DNA of 61,717 nucleotides from Clostridiaceae bacterium (GTDB lineage Bacteria; Bacillota; Clostridia; Christensenellales; CAG-138): NCBI GenBank assembly GCA_039683415.1, contig JBDKRL010000010.1, positions 1 to 61,717 of the forward strand, read 5' to 3'. Shown piece by piece: positions 9,749 to 20,336 of this stretch (position 1 is its first letter; each line of letters starts with the position of its first letter). The notes under the pieces were generated by a model. It saw only the letters and a program-made list of their open reading frames with translations, ran no database searches and was not told where the DNA came from. The position numbers and the translations under genes were made by a program.

Positions 9749-11071
9749 TCAGATGCGGACGGCACGGATGCCGAGCATGGTGCAAAGGCATTCGATGCGC
9801 GCGGCACAGTCGCCATAACAGAGCGCAAAGTGTTGTCCGCCGTATTCGGAAACGAGCTTGTTGATATCGCCGTCCAGCCGGACGTCCAGCGCGGGCATCA
9901 CGCCCTGCCTTAACTCACTGGGCAGACCCTCGCCGGTGAAGTAGAGCATATGGTAACTGCCGACATCCTCAATGAGCCGCAGAACCGTTACGCGGCCGGG
10001 CTTGAGGGTAAAACTCGTCTGTATGCCGGTAAAGCCAGGATGCGGCATAAAGTTGCGAACCACCGGTTCGCCGTCCGCCAGCGAAAACGGCGCAAAACCG
10101 CAGGAGGAGAATTTAACAACGTTTCCGATATGGTTGATGCTGTCGCCATAGGTGACGACCTGACCGGTCAGCAGAGCGAGGATGGTCATGGAAATCGTGT
10201 TGAGCATATCCCCTTCGCAGGAGGAAACGATGCCAAGTTCCGCGAGCGCGGAAAGCGGCACGCAGGCGGTCATCTTGTATTCCTTGGACAACTCGTATTG
10301 GCATTTTACGTTGACCGCGCCCAGCGCGTACTGCTTGCAGACCGTGCGGAGCGCGAATAGCAGGCGGGAAGCTTTGGTAAGGGACGCCTGCGAAACTTCC
10401 TTGTCGACCGCGGAACGTTGGCGGAGAAAAGTTTCCGATTCGGCAATGTCCGCCTGATCCGCGCTTTCGGCAATGTTCAGCAATGTGTAGTTGTCGATAT
10501 GGTGAATCTCCGGCCCGATCATTTTACGAACGAGCAAGTGGTCGAACGTGCCGGGGTAGATGCTCATGGACGTGTAACCGACCAGCCCGATGCGCGTTCT
10601 GCGGAGTGCGGTTTTCGCCATGGCGGCGACGCAAAAATCCATTACGCTGCCCGCGGTTTCGGCAACCTCGCCGAGTACGGGTAAAAAACGGTAACCCGCC
10701 CGCACCATCGATCCGCGGAACATGGCGAACGAAACATACGAACCGGTGCTCTCCAGCCTGCCGTACCGCTCGAACATCGGCACACCCCAGAGACAGAGTG
10801 GCAGGTGTTCGACTTCGCGCAGAAACGCCATTGCCGTTGCGCACTCGACCCAGCTTCCTAAAAAGAGGACGACGCCGTCAAGGTCTTCGGCGCACATATT
10901 GATTCCGACGCCGAGCGCCTGATTCGCACTGCCGACAGGATGCGCGGTTACGACGTCCACCCCGCGCGACTGCAGCGCGCCGACAGCTTCCGAACCGAGG
11001 CGGCGAACCTCCTCGTCGATATAATCTTCATGACAGAGATTGACAATCCCGATTTTTGGCGCGCGCTGCAT
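9749..11071 (-). CDS. L-fucose/L-arabinose isomerase-family protein (COG2407-like, short form)
   Basis: 440 aa. MQRAPKIGIVNLCHEDY start with an AGGAGGA RBS. The fold resembles the FucI/AraA C-terminal catalytic region. It sits immediately upstream of the FGGY kinase in the same orientation. Confidence 0.7.
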   Translation of the reverse strand: MQRAPKIGIVNLCHEDYIDEEVRRLGSEAVGALQSRGVDVVTAHPVGSANQALGVGINMCAEDLDGVVLFLGSWVECATAMAFLREVEHLPLCLWGVPMFERYGRLESTGSYVSFAMFRGSMVRAGYRFLPVLGEVAETAGSVMDFCVAAMAKTALRRTRIGLVGYTSMSIYPGTFDHLLVRKMIGPEIHHIDNYTLLNIAESADQADIAESETFLRQRSAVDKEVSQASLTKASRLLFALRTVCKQYALGAVNVKCQYELSKEYKMTACVPLSALAELGIVSSCEGDMLNTISMTILALLTGQVVTYGDSINHIGNVVKFSSCGFAPFSLADGEPVVRNFMPHPGFTGIQTSFTLKPGRVTVLRLIEDVGSYHMLYFTGEGLPSELRQGVMPALDVRLDGDINKLVSEYGGQHFALCYGDCAARIECLCTMLGIRAVRI

Positions 11072-11426
11072 CTTGACATTCCTCCTGAAAATCCGTATTT
11101 TCCAATTCTGTTTCTTCTGTTTCTGCTGATATGCGGGAACATTCCGTCAATGCCTTCCGTTACTGTATCACGCGTATTTTCTGCTGTAAATTGCGTATGG
11201 ACGGGTTTTGCCAGCCTTTGAGCAAGATCGTTGATTTTTACAAAACGGCTGAATAAAGCGCGTTTTTTTCAAGTTTTCACCGGTAGTTTTTCCCAATTTC
11301 TCAATTCTGCGTTCGTTGACCAGGCAAATGATGTACTGCTATCCTGTAGAAGACATCGGCATGTCTTTGCAGGCGATCATCGCCAGTATTCATACAGTTA
11401 AATCGTAACAGAGGTGGGAGAAAATT

Positions 11427-12422
11427 ATGGAATCATCCGAAGTTTCGCGCGTTCGAAAAACGGACAACGGCGCAATCCGCGTGTTAAAAATGATCAACGA
11501 GGACTACAACATCCTTTATGTGCTGATCGCTCTGTTTATATTCCTTTCATTTTTCAGCAAAGCGTTTCTGACAATGACCAACATATTCAACGTACTTCGT
11601 CAGGTCTCTATGGTCTCCATCGTTTCCGTTGGCATGTTTTTTGCCATGGTCGGCGGCGGCATCGATCTTTCGGCGGGCGCAGCCGTCGGGTTCATCGGTA
11701 TTTTCTTTTCGGATTTAATCGTCAGCAAGGGTGTTGATCCATATGTGGCGATCGCCTGCGGCATCGGCATTGGCGCGCTGGTTGGTTTGATCAACGGCGT
11801 GCTGGTTTCATATTTGAACCTGCTGCCGTTTATCGCAACTGTTGGAACGATGTCCATCTGCACCGGGCTTGGGCTGCTCTGGACGAACTCCTACCCCGTG
11901 CTCAATCTGCCGGAGAGCGTGGAGTACATCGGCCGCGGTTGGCTCTTTGGGGTGCCGTTTCCGCTGTATATCGTATTAATCGTGTATATCATTGCGTTTA
12001 TCATTACGGAAAAGACACGGTTTGGCCGCTACCTCTACTGCGCCGGCGGAAACGACGAAGCGGCGTATCTTTCCGGCATCGATGTAAAAAGCGTGCGGCT
12101 TGTGAGCTACGTCATCTGCGGCGTCATGACCTCGATTGCTTCTATCATCCTCTGCGGGCGGCTCGACTCCGCTCAGCCCGCCAACGGCGCGAACTGGGGT
12201 TTTGACGCGATCACCGCATGCGTGCTTGGTGGAACAAGCATGATGGGCGGCAAGGGCAAGATCCTCGGCGCTCTTCTTGGCGCGGTATTTGTCGGTATCC
12301 TCGGTAACGGCATGACGTTGCTGAACGTCAACTCCAATATACAGACAATTGTCAAAGGCACGGTGCTCGTGCTGGCTGTCTTCCTCGATACTTACCGTAA
12401 CCAGCGCGCCAACCGCGTGTAA
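11427..12422 (+). CDS. Sugar ABC transporter permease (RbsC/monosaccharide CUT2 family)
   Basis: Multi-TM BPD-transport-2-type permease; GAGGTGGGAG RBS. Confidence 0.85.
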   Translation: MESSEVSRVRKTDNGAIRVLKMINEDYNILYVLIALFIFLSFFSKAFLTMTNIFNVLRQVSMVSIVSVGMFFAMVGGGIDLSAGAAVGFIGIFFSDLIVSKGVDPYVAIACGIGIGALVGLINGVLVSYLNLLPFIATVGTMSICTGLGLLWTNSYPVLNLPESVEYIGRGWLFGVPFPLYIVLIVYIIAFIITEKTRFGRYLYCAGGNDEAAYLSGIDVKSVRLVSYVICGVMTSIASIILCGRLDSAQPANGANWGFDAITACVLGGTSMMGGKGKILGALLGAVFVGILGNGMTLLNVNSNIQTIVKGTVLVLAVFLDTYRNQRANRV

Positions 12423-12436
12423 CGGGGGTGACCAGT

Positions 12437-13927
12437 ATGCCGGATACCATATTGAGAATCGAGCACATCAGCAAACGCTTTCCCGGCGTGCTGGCGCTCG
12501 ATGACGTGAGCTTTGAGGTGCAAAAAGGCACCATCCATGCGCTGGTCGGCGAAAACGGCGCCGGTAAATCCACACTGATCAAAATCCTCTCCGGCGCGAA
12601 CTCGCTGGAGAGCGGAGCGATCTACCTCAACGGCAAATCCGTCCGTTTTGCCAAGCCGGTGGAGGCGATTGCCAGCGGCATCAGCGTGGTGCATCAGGAG
12701 ATTAAACTGGTCGACGCGCTCTCCGTTGCGGAAAATATCTATATCGGCCGTCCGCCGCTGACATTCGGGCTGCTCAACCGCAGACAGCTCAACGCGGACG
12801 CAAGAAAACTGCTGGATAACATCGGCGCGGATATCATCGACGAAAAGAGCGTTGTCAAAAAACTCTCAATCGCCGAGCAGCAGATGGTGGAAATCTGCAA
12901 AGCGCTTTCCTATAATTCTGAAATCATCATTATGGACGAGCCTTCCGCAACGCTCACGGACAAGGAGCTGACGCTTCTTTTCAAAATTCTCAAACGTCTC
13001 AAGAGCATGGGCATTACGGTGATCTACATCTCGCACCGTCTGGAGGAGATCTTCGAAATTGCGGACAATGTAACCGTTCTGCGGGACGGACGGCATATCC
13101 ATACCGGGCCTGTCGGCGAGCTCGACCGCAAAAAACTGATCTCCATGATGGTTGGCCGCGGACTGGAAAACGAGTACCCCAAGGAGTTTGCTGTTCGCGG
13201 CGAAGCGCTGCTGGAAGTAAGGCATCTCAACCGTCCCGGCGTGCTGCGCGACGTGAGCTTTACGCTCTATCAAGGCGAGGTGCTCTGCATCTCCGGCCTG
13301 GTGGGCTCCGGCAGGACGGAGCTGGCGCGGACAATCTTTGGTGCGGATTACAACAAGCGCATTACCGGCGAGATTCTGATCAACGGAAAGAAAGCGTCCA
13401 TCAAGCGCGTACGGGACGCCAAGCGCTATGGAATCGCGCTGATTCCGGAGGATCGTAAAAAGCAGGGGCTTGTTCTGGGCATGTCGCTGCGCGAAAACGT
13501 CAGCATGGCAAATATCGAACGCGTCATGCAGCTTGGCTTTCTCAGCCTCCGCAAGGAAACCGCACTGGCAAGAGAATCTATCAAAACCCTCCGTATCGTA
13601 ACGCCAAACGAGAACCGCCGAGTGCGCTATCTTTCCGGCGGCAACCAGCAGAAGGTCGTTATTTCCAAATGGCTCGCGGCCAATTCCGACATCTTGATTC
13701 TGGACGAGCCGACGCGCGGCGTGGACGTCGGCGCAAAGGCTGAAATCTACAAGCTGCTCAACGTTTTTATCGCGTCGGGGAAAGCTGTTTTGATGATCTC
13801 TTCCGAAATGCCGGAAGTCATCGGCATGTGCGACCGCGTACTGGTGTTTCGCGACGGCATGATCACGGCGGAGTTCACGCGCGCCGAAGTGACGCAGGAA
13901 AAAATCCTGGACGCTGCTATTAAATAG
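12437..13927 (+). CDS. Sugar ABC transporter ATP-binding protein with two NBDs (RbsA/MglA-like)
   Basis: Two Walker A motifs (GENGAGKST, GLVGSGRTE-like), LSGGNQQK signature and Walker B ILDEPT. ATG 12437 with a GGGGG RBS. Confidence 0.9.
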   Translation: MPDTILRIEHISKRFPGVLALDDVSFEVQKGTIHALVGENGAGKSTLIKILSGANSLESGAIYLNGKSVRFAKPVEAIASGISVVHQEIKLVDALSVAENIYIGRPPLTFGLLNRRQLNADARKLLDNIGADIIDEKSVVKKLSIAEQQMVEICKALSYNSEIIIMDEPSATLTDKELTLLFKILKRLKSMGITVIYISHRLEEIFEIADNVTVLRDGRHIHTGPVGELDRKKLISMMVGRGLENEYPKEFAVRGEALLEVRHLNRPGVLRDVSFTLYQGEVLCISGLVGSGRTELARTIFGADYNKRITGEILINGKKASIKRVRDAKRYGIALIPEDRKKQGLVLGMSLRENVSMANIERVMQLGFLSLRKETALARESIKTLRIVTPNENRRVRYLSGGNQQKVVISKWLAANSDILILDEPTRGVDVGAKAEIYKLLNVFIASGKAVLMISSEMPEVIGMCDRVLVFRDGMITAEFTRAEVTQEKILDAAIK

Positions 13928-14032
13928 AAGCCATTAAGGAATCCCAAAAAAGAACGGGAAAGACTCGTAACACAGGAACTTTCCGGCAGCGCCGGATGGT
14001 ATCATAAAGGAGAAAGAATGAGGAGGAAGACC

Positions 14033-15088
14033 ATGAAGAAGTTACTTGCGTTTATCCTGGCAGCCATGATGCTCGTCGGCCTTGCGGCCTGCGCGGGCGC
14101 AACGGAAGCGCCTGCCGCCGCCGAACCCGCCGCAGCGGAAGCGGCCGCGGAACCCGCGACCGAGGAAGCCGCGACCGAACCCGCCGCCGAGGAAGGTTCC
14201 AAGGGAACCATCGGCATCGGCGTGTTCTATCGCCGCGACGAGTATTACATCGACATTGAAACCCGTCTTGTCGCCGCCTGCGAAGAACTCGGTTACGACG
14301 TTCAGGTTGTCGATGCGGATACCGACCTTGCCAAACTGGTTGCCGCAATCGAAGACTTCACCGCGCAGGGCGTGGACGGCATCATCTGCACCGGCTCGGA
14401 TCAGCTCATCAGCGCGGTTGACGCGGCTGTTGACGCGGGTATCCCGGTCGTCTGCTACGATGGTTCCTGCAACAGCGAAAAGGTAACGGCAAACATCACC
14501 TTTGATCCGGTGCAGGACGGCGTTCAGGTTGGCGAATATGTTAAGCAGTATATCGCCGATAACTGGGCAAACGAAGAAACCGTAGAAGTTGCGATTCTGG
14601 ACTTCCCGGCATCCTCGGAAATCTGCGTTGGCAGAACGAACGGCTTTATCTCCGTCATCGAGACGATCCCCAACGCCAAGATCGTAGCCCAGCAGGACGG
14701 CAAAGCCTCCCGCGCGGATTCGATGGCGGCAGCGGAAACCATCCTTCAGGCGCATCCGAACGTAAAGGTTGCCTACGGCATCAACTTCGATACGATCGCG
14801 GGCTTCTACGCCGCTCTCGACGCCATCGGAAAGACCGATACGATCTGCGTTGCTTCCGGCAGCTGGGGCGAGGAAGCCATCCAGTTCCTGGCGGATAATC
14901 ATCCGCAGTACAAAGCGTTCACGCTGATGAATCCGTGGATCCAGGCGGACGCCGCGGTTCAGGCGCTGATGGACGCGCTTGCCGGCAAAGAGGTTGTGCA
15001 AAAGCAGGCCATGTCCGCGCCGACCTATACGGCGGAGACCATTGGCACGCTCGATTGGCAGGGCATCATTGCCGCGCGCAACAACTAG
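14033..15088 (+). CDS. Sugar ABC transporter substrate-binding lipoprotein (periplasmic-binding-protein type I)
   Basis: MKKLLAFILAAMMLVGLAAC lipobox, an Ala/Glu/Pro-rich linker, then a PBP fold. GAGGAGG RBS before ATG 14033. Confidence 0.8.
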   Translation: MKKLLAFILAAMMLVGLAACAGATEAPAAAEPAAAEAAAEPATEEAATEPAAEEGSKGTIGIGVFYRRDEYYIDIETRLVAACEELGYDVQVVDADTDLAKLVAAIEDFTAQGVDGIICTGSDQLISAVDAAVDAGIPVVCYDGSCNSEKVTANITFDPVQDGVQVGEYVKQYIADNWANEETVEVAILDFPASSEICVGRTNGFISVIETIPNAKIVAQQDGKASRADSMAAAETILQAHPNVKVAYGINFDTIAGFYAALDAIGKTDTICVASGSWGEEAIQFLADNHPQYKAFTLMNPWIQADAAVQALMDALAGKEVVQKQAMSAPTYTAETIGTLDWQGIIAARNN

Positions 15089-15187
15089 TTCTTTCATTCG
15101 TAATTGCAGCTGCGAATACCGCCGGCCTATGCCGACGGTATTCGCGCTTGACTTTGAAGCCGACTGTTCCTCTGGTATACTACAATT

Positions 15188-16939
15188 ATGAAAAAATTAT
15201 TCAATCGCCGTTCAAACAACGCGAGGCCGACCACTTCGCTCAGAACCCGGCTGCTGATTACCTACCTCATCATTTCTCTTTTTGCTGTTTTGATTATCGG
15301 CTCGCTCTCGGTCAATAATATCTATCAGTTTTCCCGCCGCGAGGTGGAACGCACCAGCATTGGCAACCTCAAGGCCGCGGGAAACACACTGATCGCGTCC
15401 ATCGGCGAACTGCGTTTGGAAGGAATTCGTCCGGTGATCGAGCAGGCGTCTTTGCGCGCGATTACCTCTTATATGAATAACGGATTTGCGGAATACGAGG
15501 ACATGCTCGAACTCAAGCTGCACCTCAACACGACCATGAAGTATTCCAATATCCATTCGCTGTTCTTGATCAACAGTGATAACACCATTATTTCAAACCG
15601 ATCATCTAAGTCTTTTTCCTGGGAATTGCTTTCGTCGTTTCCCTGGTTTGACGACTGGTATTCCAGCCCGGAGAACTACCGTTGGGGATCGACCTATCAA
15701 CTGGACGGGTTCAACGTGATTCCATATTTGAGAAAAATCATATCGAATGGAAAAATGATCGGGCTGAGCGTACTCAACGTTTACGAATGGTCGCTTTACG
15801 AAACCTGCCGGATTTATGGCAATATTGTCGTACTGGACAGAGATAACACCGTTCTATCCTCGGTCAACAAACAGACGCTCGGTCAGAACTTTTTTACGGC
15901 GTACGGGATTTCGCCTTCCAGTAAAGACGACGCGGGCAGCTATATTTTCTCCAGCGGGGATGAACAGTTTCTGGCGGTCTATTACGCAATTCCGAACAGT
16001 CCGTTTCGAATGGCGGAAATCCTGTCGTTCGACGCCACGCAGTCCGTCATGAAGGATATGCTCAGCTCGACGTTGGTCATCGTTGGAATCTGCACGGTGT
16101 TTTGCATTGCGCTTTCCGTTTGGATGTCGTCTCTGATTACAAAACCCATCAAGAAAATCCGCGCCACAATCGACGCGCTGGACCTGGGCTCGCTTTACAG
16201 CGGCATGCATGCGCATTCCAACGACGAAATCGGTTTGTTGATCGACAGCATCAACAATATGACCCAGCGCCTGAATAATTCCAAACTGGAGATACTGCAT
16301 ATCTCCGAGGAGCGGCGGCTTGCGGAGTTCCGCGCAATCCAGCTGCAGATCAATCCGCACTTTCTATACAACACGCTTTCCTCCATCTGCTGGCTGACCG
16401 ATCAGGGGCAGACGGAGAGCGTTAAGTTCGTAACCAACGCGCTTTCCACGCTGTTTCGCATCAGCGTTAACCACGGTGATCAAATGCTGCGCGTGCAGGA
16501 CGAAATCAGCCATGCGCGCTGCTATCTGGATATTCAGACCGTGCGCCATGCGGGCGAGTTTACCTACCAGATCGACGTCGATCCGGATATCCTCGACTAT
16601 TTCATCATTAAAATCCTCCTCCAGCCACTCGCGGAGAATGCCCTTTACCACGGCATCCGTGAAAACAGCGTGAAAAACGGATTCCTCCGAATTCGCGGGT
16701 TCCGCAGCGGGGACGATCTTGTTTTGGAAGTGATCGACAACGGAGATACGCCGCAGACGCGCATCGATCACATGAACGAGATTCTCGACAACCCCGACGA
16801 AGTCAACGATGCAGGAATCGGCATGCTCAACGTCCACAACCGCATCCGTTATTACTATCAAAAAAGTTATGGCCTGCGCTACCGCAAGGAAGGCATATAT
16901 ACGATTGCCCGCATTCAGATCCCAATCCAGGAGGAATAA
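15188..16939 (+). CDS. Sensor histidine kinase, YesM/LytS family (two TM helices, extracytoplasmic sensor, HAMP, His_kinase, HATPase_c)
   Basis: TM1 ~res 22-42 and TM2 ~res 297-318. LQINPHFLYNTLSSI (His_kinase family signature) and the HATPase G-boxes. Confidence 0.85.
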   Translation: MKKLFNRRSNNARPTTSLRTRLLITYLIISLFAVLIIGSLSVNNIYQFSRREVERTSIGNLKAAGNTLIASIGELRLEGIRPVIEQASLRAITSYMNNGFAEYEDMLELKLHLNTTMKYSNIHSLFLINSDNTIISNRSSKSFSWELLSSFPWFDDWYSSPENYRWGSTYQLDGFNVIPYLRKIISNGKMIGLSVLNVYEWSLYETCRIYGNIVVLDRDNTVLSSVNKQTLGQNFFTAYGISPSSKDDAGSYIFSSGDEQFLAVYYAIPNSPFRMAEILSFDATQSVMKDMLSSTLVIVGICTVFCIALSVWMSSLITKPIKKIRATIDALDLGSLYSGMHAHSNDEIGLLIDSINNMTQRLNNSKLEILHISEERRLAEFRAIQLQINPHFLYNTLSSICWLTDQGQTESVKFVTNALSTLFRISVNHGDQMLRVQDEISHARCYLDIQTVRHAGEFTYQIDVDPDILDYFIIKILLQPLAENALYHGIRENSVKNGFLRIRGFRSGDDLVLEVIDNGDTPQTRIDHMNEILDNPDEVNDAGIGMLNVHNRIRYYYQKSYGLRYRKEGIYTIARIQIPIQEE

Positions 16940-16940
16940 C

Positions 16941-18536
16941 ATGTATACGTTCCTAGTTGTGGAAGACGAGCAGTACGTTCGCGATTCCGTCATATTCATA
17001 CTGTCCGAACTCAACGGCGGGCAAGGCGTCTACGGAGCGGAAAACGGCGCGGCAGCTTTGGCCGTTCTCGACAAAACGCAGATTGACGCGGTCATTACGG
17101 ACATCATGATGCCCGCGATGGACGGCATTGCGTTGCTCAAAACCGTAACGAAGCGCGACGAACGGATCGCAACCGCGGTTTTGAGCGGTTACGACGATTT
17201 TGATTACATCCAAAACTCCATGTCCTGCGGGGCGATCGACTATATCCTAAAACCATTCGAACGCGGGGATATCGTTAAACTGTATTACAAGCTGCTGCGG
17301 AAGATCCGCAGCAGAGAAGCGCTGGAGCGGGAAGTATCCAGCCTGCTGCAGCGAACCAACGAAATCAAGCCGTATATTCGTCAGCGGTACTATTTCGACC
17401 TGATTGGCGGAAGGCTAAGCAGTCCGTCGTTTGATGAAATGAGCGCGTTTCTGGGTCTGCATATCAAGAATGTGCCGCTCAGGATCGCGCTGGTGGAAAT
17501 CGACGAGGGCGAATCCTGTATCGTTGCCAGCAGCAGCCAAGGGCATGTGGGGCTGTATAAAGTTCTGGAAATCATGGAGTCGATCATTGCCGAATGGCCG
17601 GAATGCGACAGCTTTAACGTAACGAACAATACGCTTGCCGTGGTTTGGTGTCCTGCCGGCGGCGCGCAGGATGCCGAGGAACTTAAGGCGAACTTGAGCT
17701 TGCTGATCAACGAGCTCTTCGACGTTTATAAGATCGTGCTCAACGTCGGCGTCAGCATGCCGGTCTCCGGGCCAAAGGACGCGGGGTGGGCGGACGAGTC
17801 CGCGAAAAACGCTTTGCGCCACAAGCTGATTCTGGGTTCCGGGCAGATCTTTGACGACGGGGTTGTCAACCGCGATCAGGAAGTCGCCATTCTGCAGTTC
17901 GACACGCTGGATATCATCGAAAGCATATGGCTCAATAAACCCGAAACCGCAAAAGAGCTGATCAAAACACGATTCCACACGATCCGTACCGGGAATCCGC
18001 CGCCGAGGCTTTCGTCCATTCAGCTTTTTTGCTACAAAATGCTGGTCGACTGCCTGATGGAGCTGGAAAACGAGTGCGGTTCTATTGACGAACTCTTTAC
18101 GCACTGGAACAGCGGATTATTTCAGCAGCGGTTTTCCGACCTTTCCATCAACGAAGCGGAGCACTTCTTCTGCAAGCTGACGGACGACATCTGCGCGGAT
18201 ATCAGCCGAAGCCGTAAAAACGAGTTCAAGCGAACCATTGCGCGCGCAAAGCAGATCATTTCCGCAAGATACGAGCAGGAAATCGGCATCGACTCTCTTG
18301 CAAAGGAACTGCATTACTCGAAGAACTACTTCGGTCAGCTATTCAAGAGCGAGACGGGCATGTCCGTCAACGAATACATCAACCAGGTTCGCATACAAAA
18401 AGCGAAGGAACTGCTCATTCGCCAGCAGCACCGCATCAACGAAATCGCGGAGATGGTGGGCTTTCACGATCAGCAGTACTTCGCTAAGGTGTTCAAACGG
18501 ATTGTCGGCTGCATGCCTTCGGATTACGTGCCGTAA
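16941..18536 (+). CDS. Response regulator with C-terminal AraC-type HTH (YesN-like)
   Basis: Receiver domain MYTFLVVEDEQYVRDS...ITDIMMPAMDG, with C-terminal AraC HTH (NYFGQLFKSETGMSVNEYI...). AGGAGGAA RBS, 1-nt gap from the kinase. Confidence 0.85.
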   Translation: MYTFLVVEDEQYVRDSVIFILSELNGGQGVYGAENGAAALAVLDKTQIDAVITDIMMPAMDGIALLKTVTKRDERIATAVLSGYDDFDYIQNSMSCGAIDYILKPFERGDIVKLYYKLLRKIRSREALEREVSSLLQRTNEIKPYIRQRYYFDLIGGRLSSPSFDEMSAFLGLHIKNVPLRIALVEIDEGESCIVASSSQGHVGLYKVLEIMESIIAEWPECDSFNVTNNTLAVVWCPAGGAQDAEELKANLSLLINELFDVYKIVLNVGVSMPVSGPKDAGWADESAKNALRHKLILGSGQIFDDGVVNRDQEVAILQFDTLDIIESIWLNKPETAKELIKTRFHTIRTGNPPPRLSSIQLFCYKMLVDCLMELENECGSIDELFTHWNSGLFQQRFSDLSINEAEHFFCKLTDDICADISRSRKNEFKRTIARAKQIISARYEQEIGIDSLAKELHYSKNYFGQLFKSETGMSVNEYINQVRIQKAKELLIRQQHRINEIAEMVGFHDQQYFAKVFKRIVGCMPSDYVP

Positions 18537-18553
18537 ACAGAGCTTTCCCAGGT

Positions 18554-19534
18554 TTATTTGACGTTCGGTTCCGAAAAGAAGCGTGCCTGCCATCCATAGG
18601 TTGCTTTGTCACCGGGCAAAAGCGTCTTCAGATATCGGTTCTCGCGTGCTTTCAGGCGCCCTTCCGGCCCACAGTTGCCGGGTTCAAGACCCAACACGTA
18701 GTCCCGGACGCCCATCTGCTTCCATTGGGTGAAATGGTCGAGCGAACGCGTGTCGAACTGAATCTCCAGCCCGCAACCGGCAGCCGGATTCCAAACAGAA
18801 GCGGATCCACGCTCGCCGTGGAACGAATGATAATAGCACTGTTCCGTAAATCCGGGCGTCGGCGGCAATAGAGCGTTCCAGCTTTCGAGCCCTTCCGCGG
18901 CGCGCGCATCCCTTGGTGCAACTCTGCTGGAAGGGATGTTCAGGCAAGCGGCTTCCGAAAGCAGCGGATAACCGATGTTGATATGGTAGAGCACCATGAT
19001 TGGACTTTCTTCGTCGCCTTCGTTTGTGATTTCATCCCGCAGCGTCAGCGTGTTCAAAACGTTGGAACAACGGATTTCGCGGCGCAGCTTCAGCTTTCGT
19101 CCGAACAGGCGCGCGTCGATGACCGTGGCCTCGATGACGATGTCTTCGCCGTCCTGCCGCCAGGATATGGTTTCACATGGTGTATTGGATATGGTTCCGT
19201 GCAGCGGCAGATGCTCGTCCCCGTCTTCACCGGGCGCGCCGACCGTGGTCAGGCCGCAGGTTGTAAAAAAGCCCGCCGTAAAACTGTTCAGAAAGCCCGC
19301 TCCTTCGCGTTCGTAATACGCGGGGGAAACATAGCCGCAAGGCGCGAAATACCCGCAGTTCACACCGCCAAACGTCAGCCGGGAAATGTCGGCGCATCGG
19401 TCGGCGGAAACCGTAAACGCCAGTCCTCGACCGTTCCGAACTTCTAAAAGACGCATCCCGTCGCCTTTGCCGCCGAGCAGCCGGTGTTCTTCAATGCCGC
19501 AGATTTGCGTGTCATGGCCGATGTAGGGGTTCAT
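18554..19534 (-). CDS. Galactose-mutarotase-like (aldose 1-epimerase superfamily, DUF4432-like) protein
   Basis: ~326 aa with a C-terminal GLEPGN motif resembling the mutarotase CLEPQ motif. GGGAGGAAC RBS before ATG 19534. The longer ORF-track start at 19630 is unlikely. Confidence 0.5.
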   Translation of the reverse strand: MNPYIGHDTQICGIEEHRLLGGKGDGMRLLEVRNGRGLAFTVSADRCADISRLTFGGVNCGYFAPCGYVSPAYYEREGAGFLNSFTAGFFTTCGLTTVGAPGEDGDEHLPLHGTISNTPCETISWRQDGEDIVIEATVIDARLFGRKLKLRREIRCSNVLNTLTLRDEITNEGDEESPIMVLYHINIGYPLLSEAACLNIPSSRVAPRDARAAEGLESWNALLPPTPGFTEQCYYHSFHGERGSASVWNPAAGCGLEIQFDTRSLDHFTQWKQMGVRDYVLGLEPGNCGPEGRLKARENRYLKTLLPGDKATYGWQARFFSEPNVK

Positions 19535-19834
19535 GGTGCAGTTCCTCCCGTTATTATGCTCGAATTCGCTCTTGCTCGAATTTGAATGCTTTAGAAACAT
19601 TATATCAGAACATTCAAAAGGGGAGCGCATTCGTTTATTTTTTCAGGGACGAAACAGACCGCTGATTCTTCATAAGACAGCGGTTTTTCACAATAGAAGG
19701 AACGCCACGACAGAGAAATATGCTAATCACGAACCAAACCAAGTCGCTCGGTACCTCAGTAAACATCAATTAAACATCAGCTCGCATGTTCTTCGACATT
19801 ACTGTGCCTAAATAAAATCTTCAGGCAACGCAAG

Positions 19835-19950
19835 AACCGCCCTCGGCAGGCGGTTTCAACTGGTTGCGGCGTCGAACTTCTTTGCTTATGCCAGACACGT
19901 TTGCTCGCGCTTTGCAAACGTTTTTTTAGCAAAGCGGCTGCTCAAAACGC
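19835..19950. repeat. Copy A of a ~115-nt intergenic element (second copy at 55155-55270)
   Basis: GGCAGGCGGTTTcAACTGGTTGCG...TTCTTTGCTtAtGCCAGACACGtTTGCTcGCGcTTTGC...AAACGtTTTTTT...GCAAA aligns at ~80% with the 55.2-kb copy. Confidence 0.5.
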
Positions 19951-20336
19951 CTATACATCGGTGTCTTTGCAGCGGTAAAGCGTGGGGCGGCCTCCGCTTC
20001 CGGCCCGTTTGAGCAACAGGGCAAATAAACAAAAGCCATCCGCTCTGAACTGAACCCGATGATTAGTCACAAATAAAAACCCCCTTTCACAGGAATACCT
20101 TAACGCACGCGGTCCAGGTGGCAAACAAACGGTCGGCGGAGGCATACATGTGGTTTTGCAGTGATTCATACACCGCATTGCTTATGATTGCGAAAAGACT
20201 ATATAATGTGAAGTAATTACATTCAATTTTCGCTGGCAATCATTATGAGAGGAGAACCGCTATGACAAAACCCGCAACAAAACCGCGCATTTAAAAAGGC
20301 AGGATTGTTCTTATCTCACTTGCTGCGCTCATCCTG

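Noticed and set aside
12352-12694. Small minus-strand ORFs overlapping the ABC permease/ATPase junction
   Set aside because: Antisense to well-supported ABC transporter genes; no RBS or motif.
14042-15097. 351-aa minus-strand ORF
   Set aside because: Antisense to the substrate-binding lipoprotein gene; Arg/Gly-rich junk translation.
16364-17014. 216-aa minus-strand ORF
   Set aside because: Antisense to the histidine kinase gene's 3' end.
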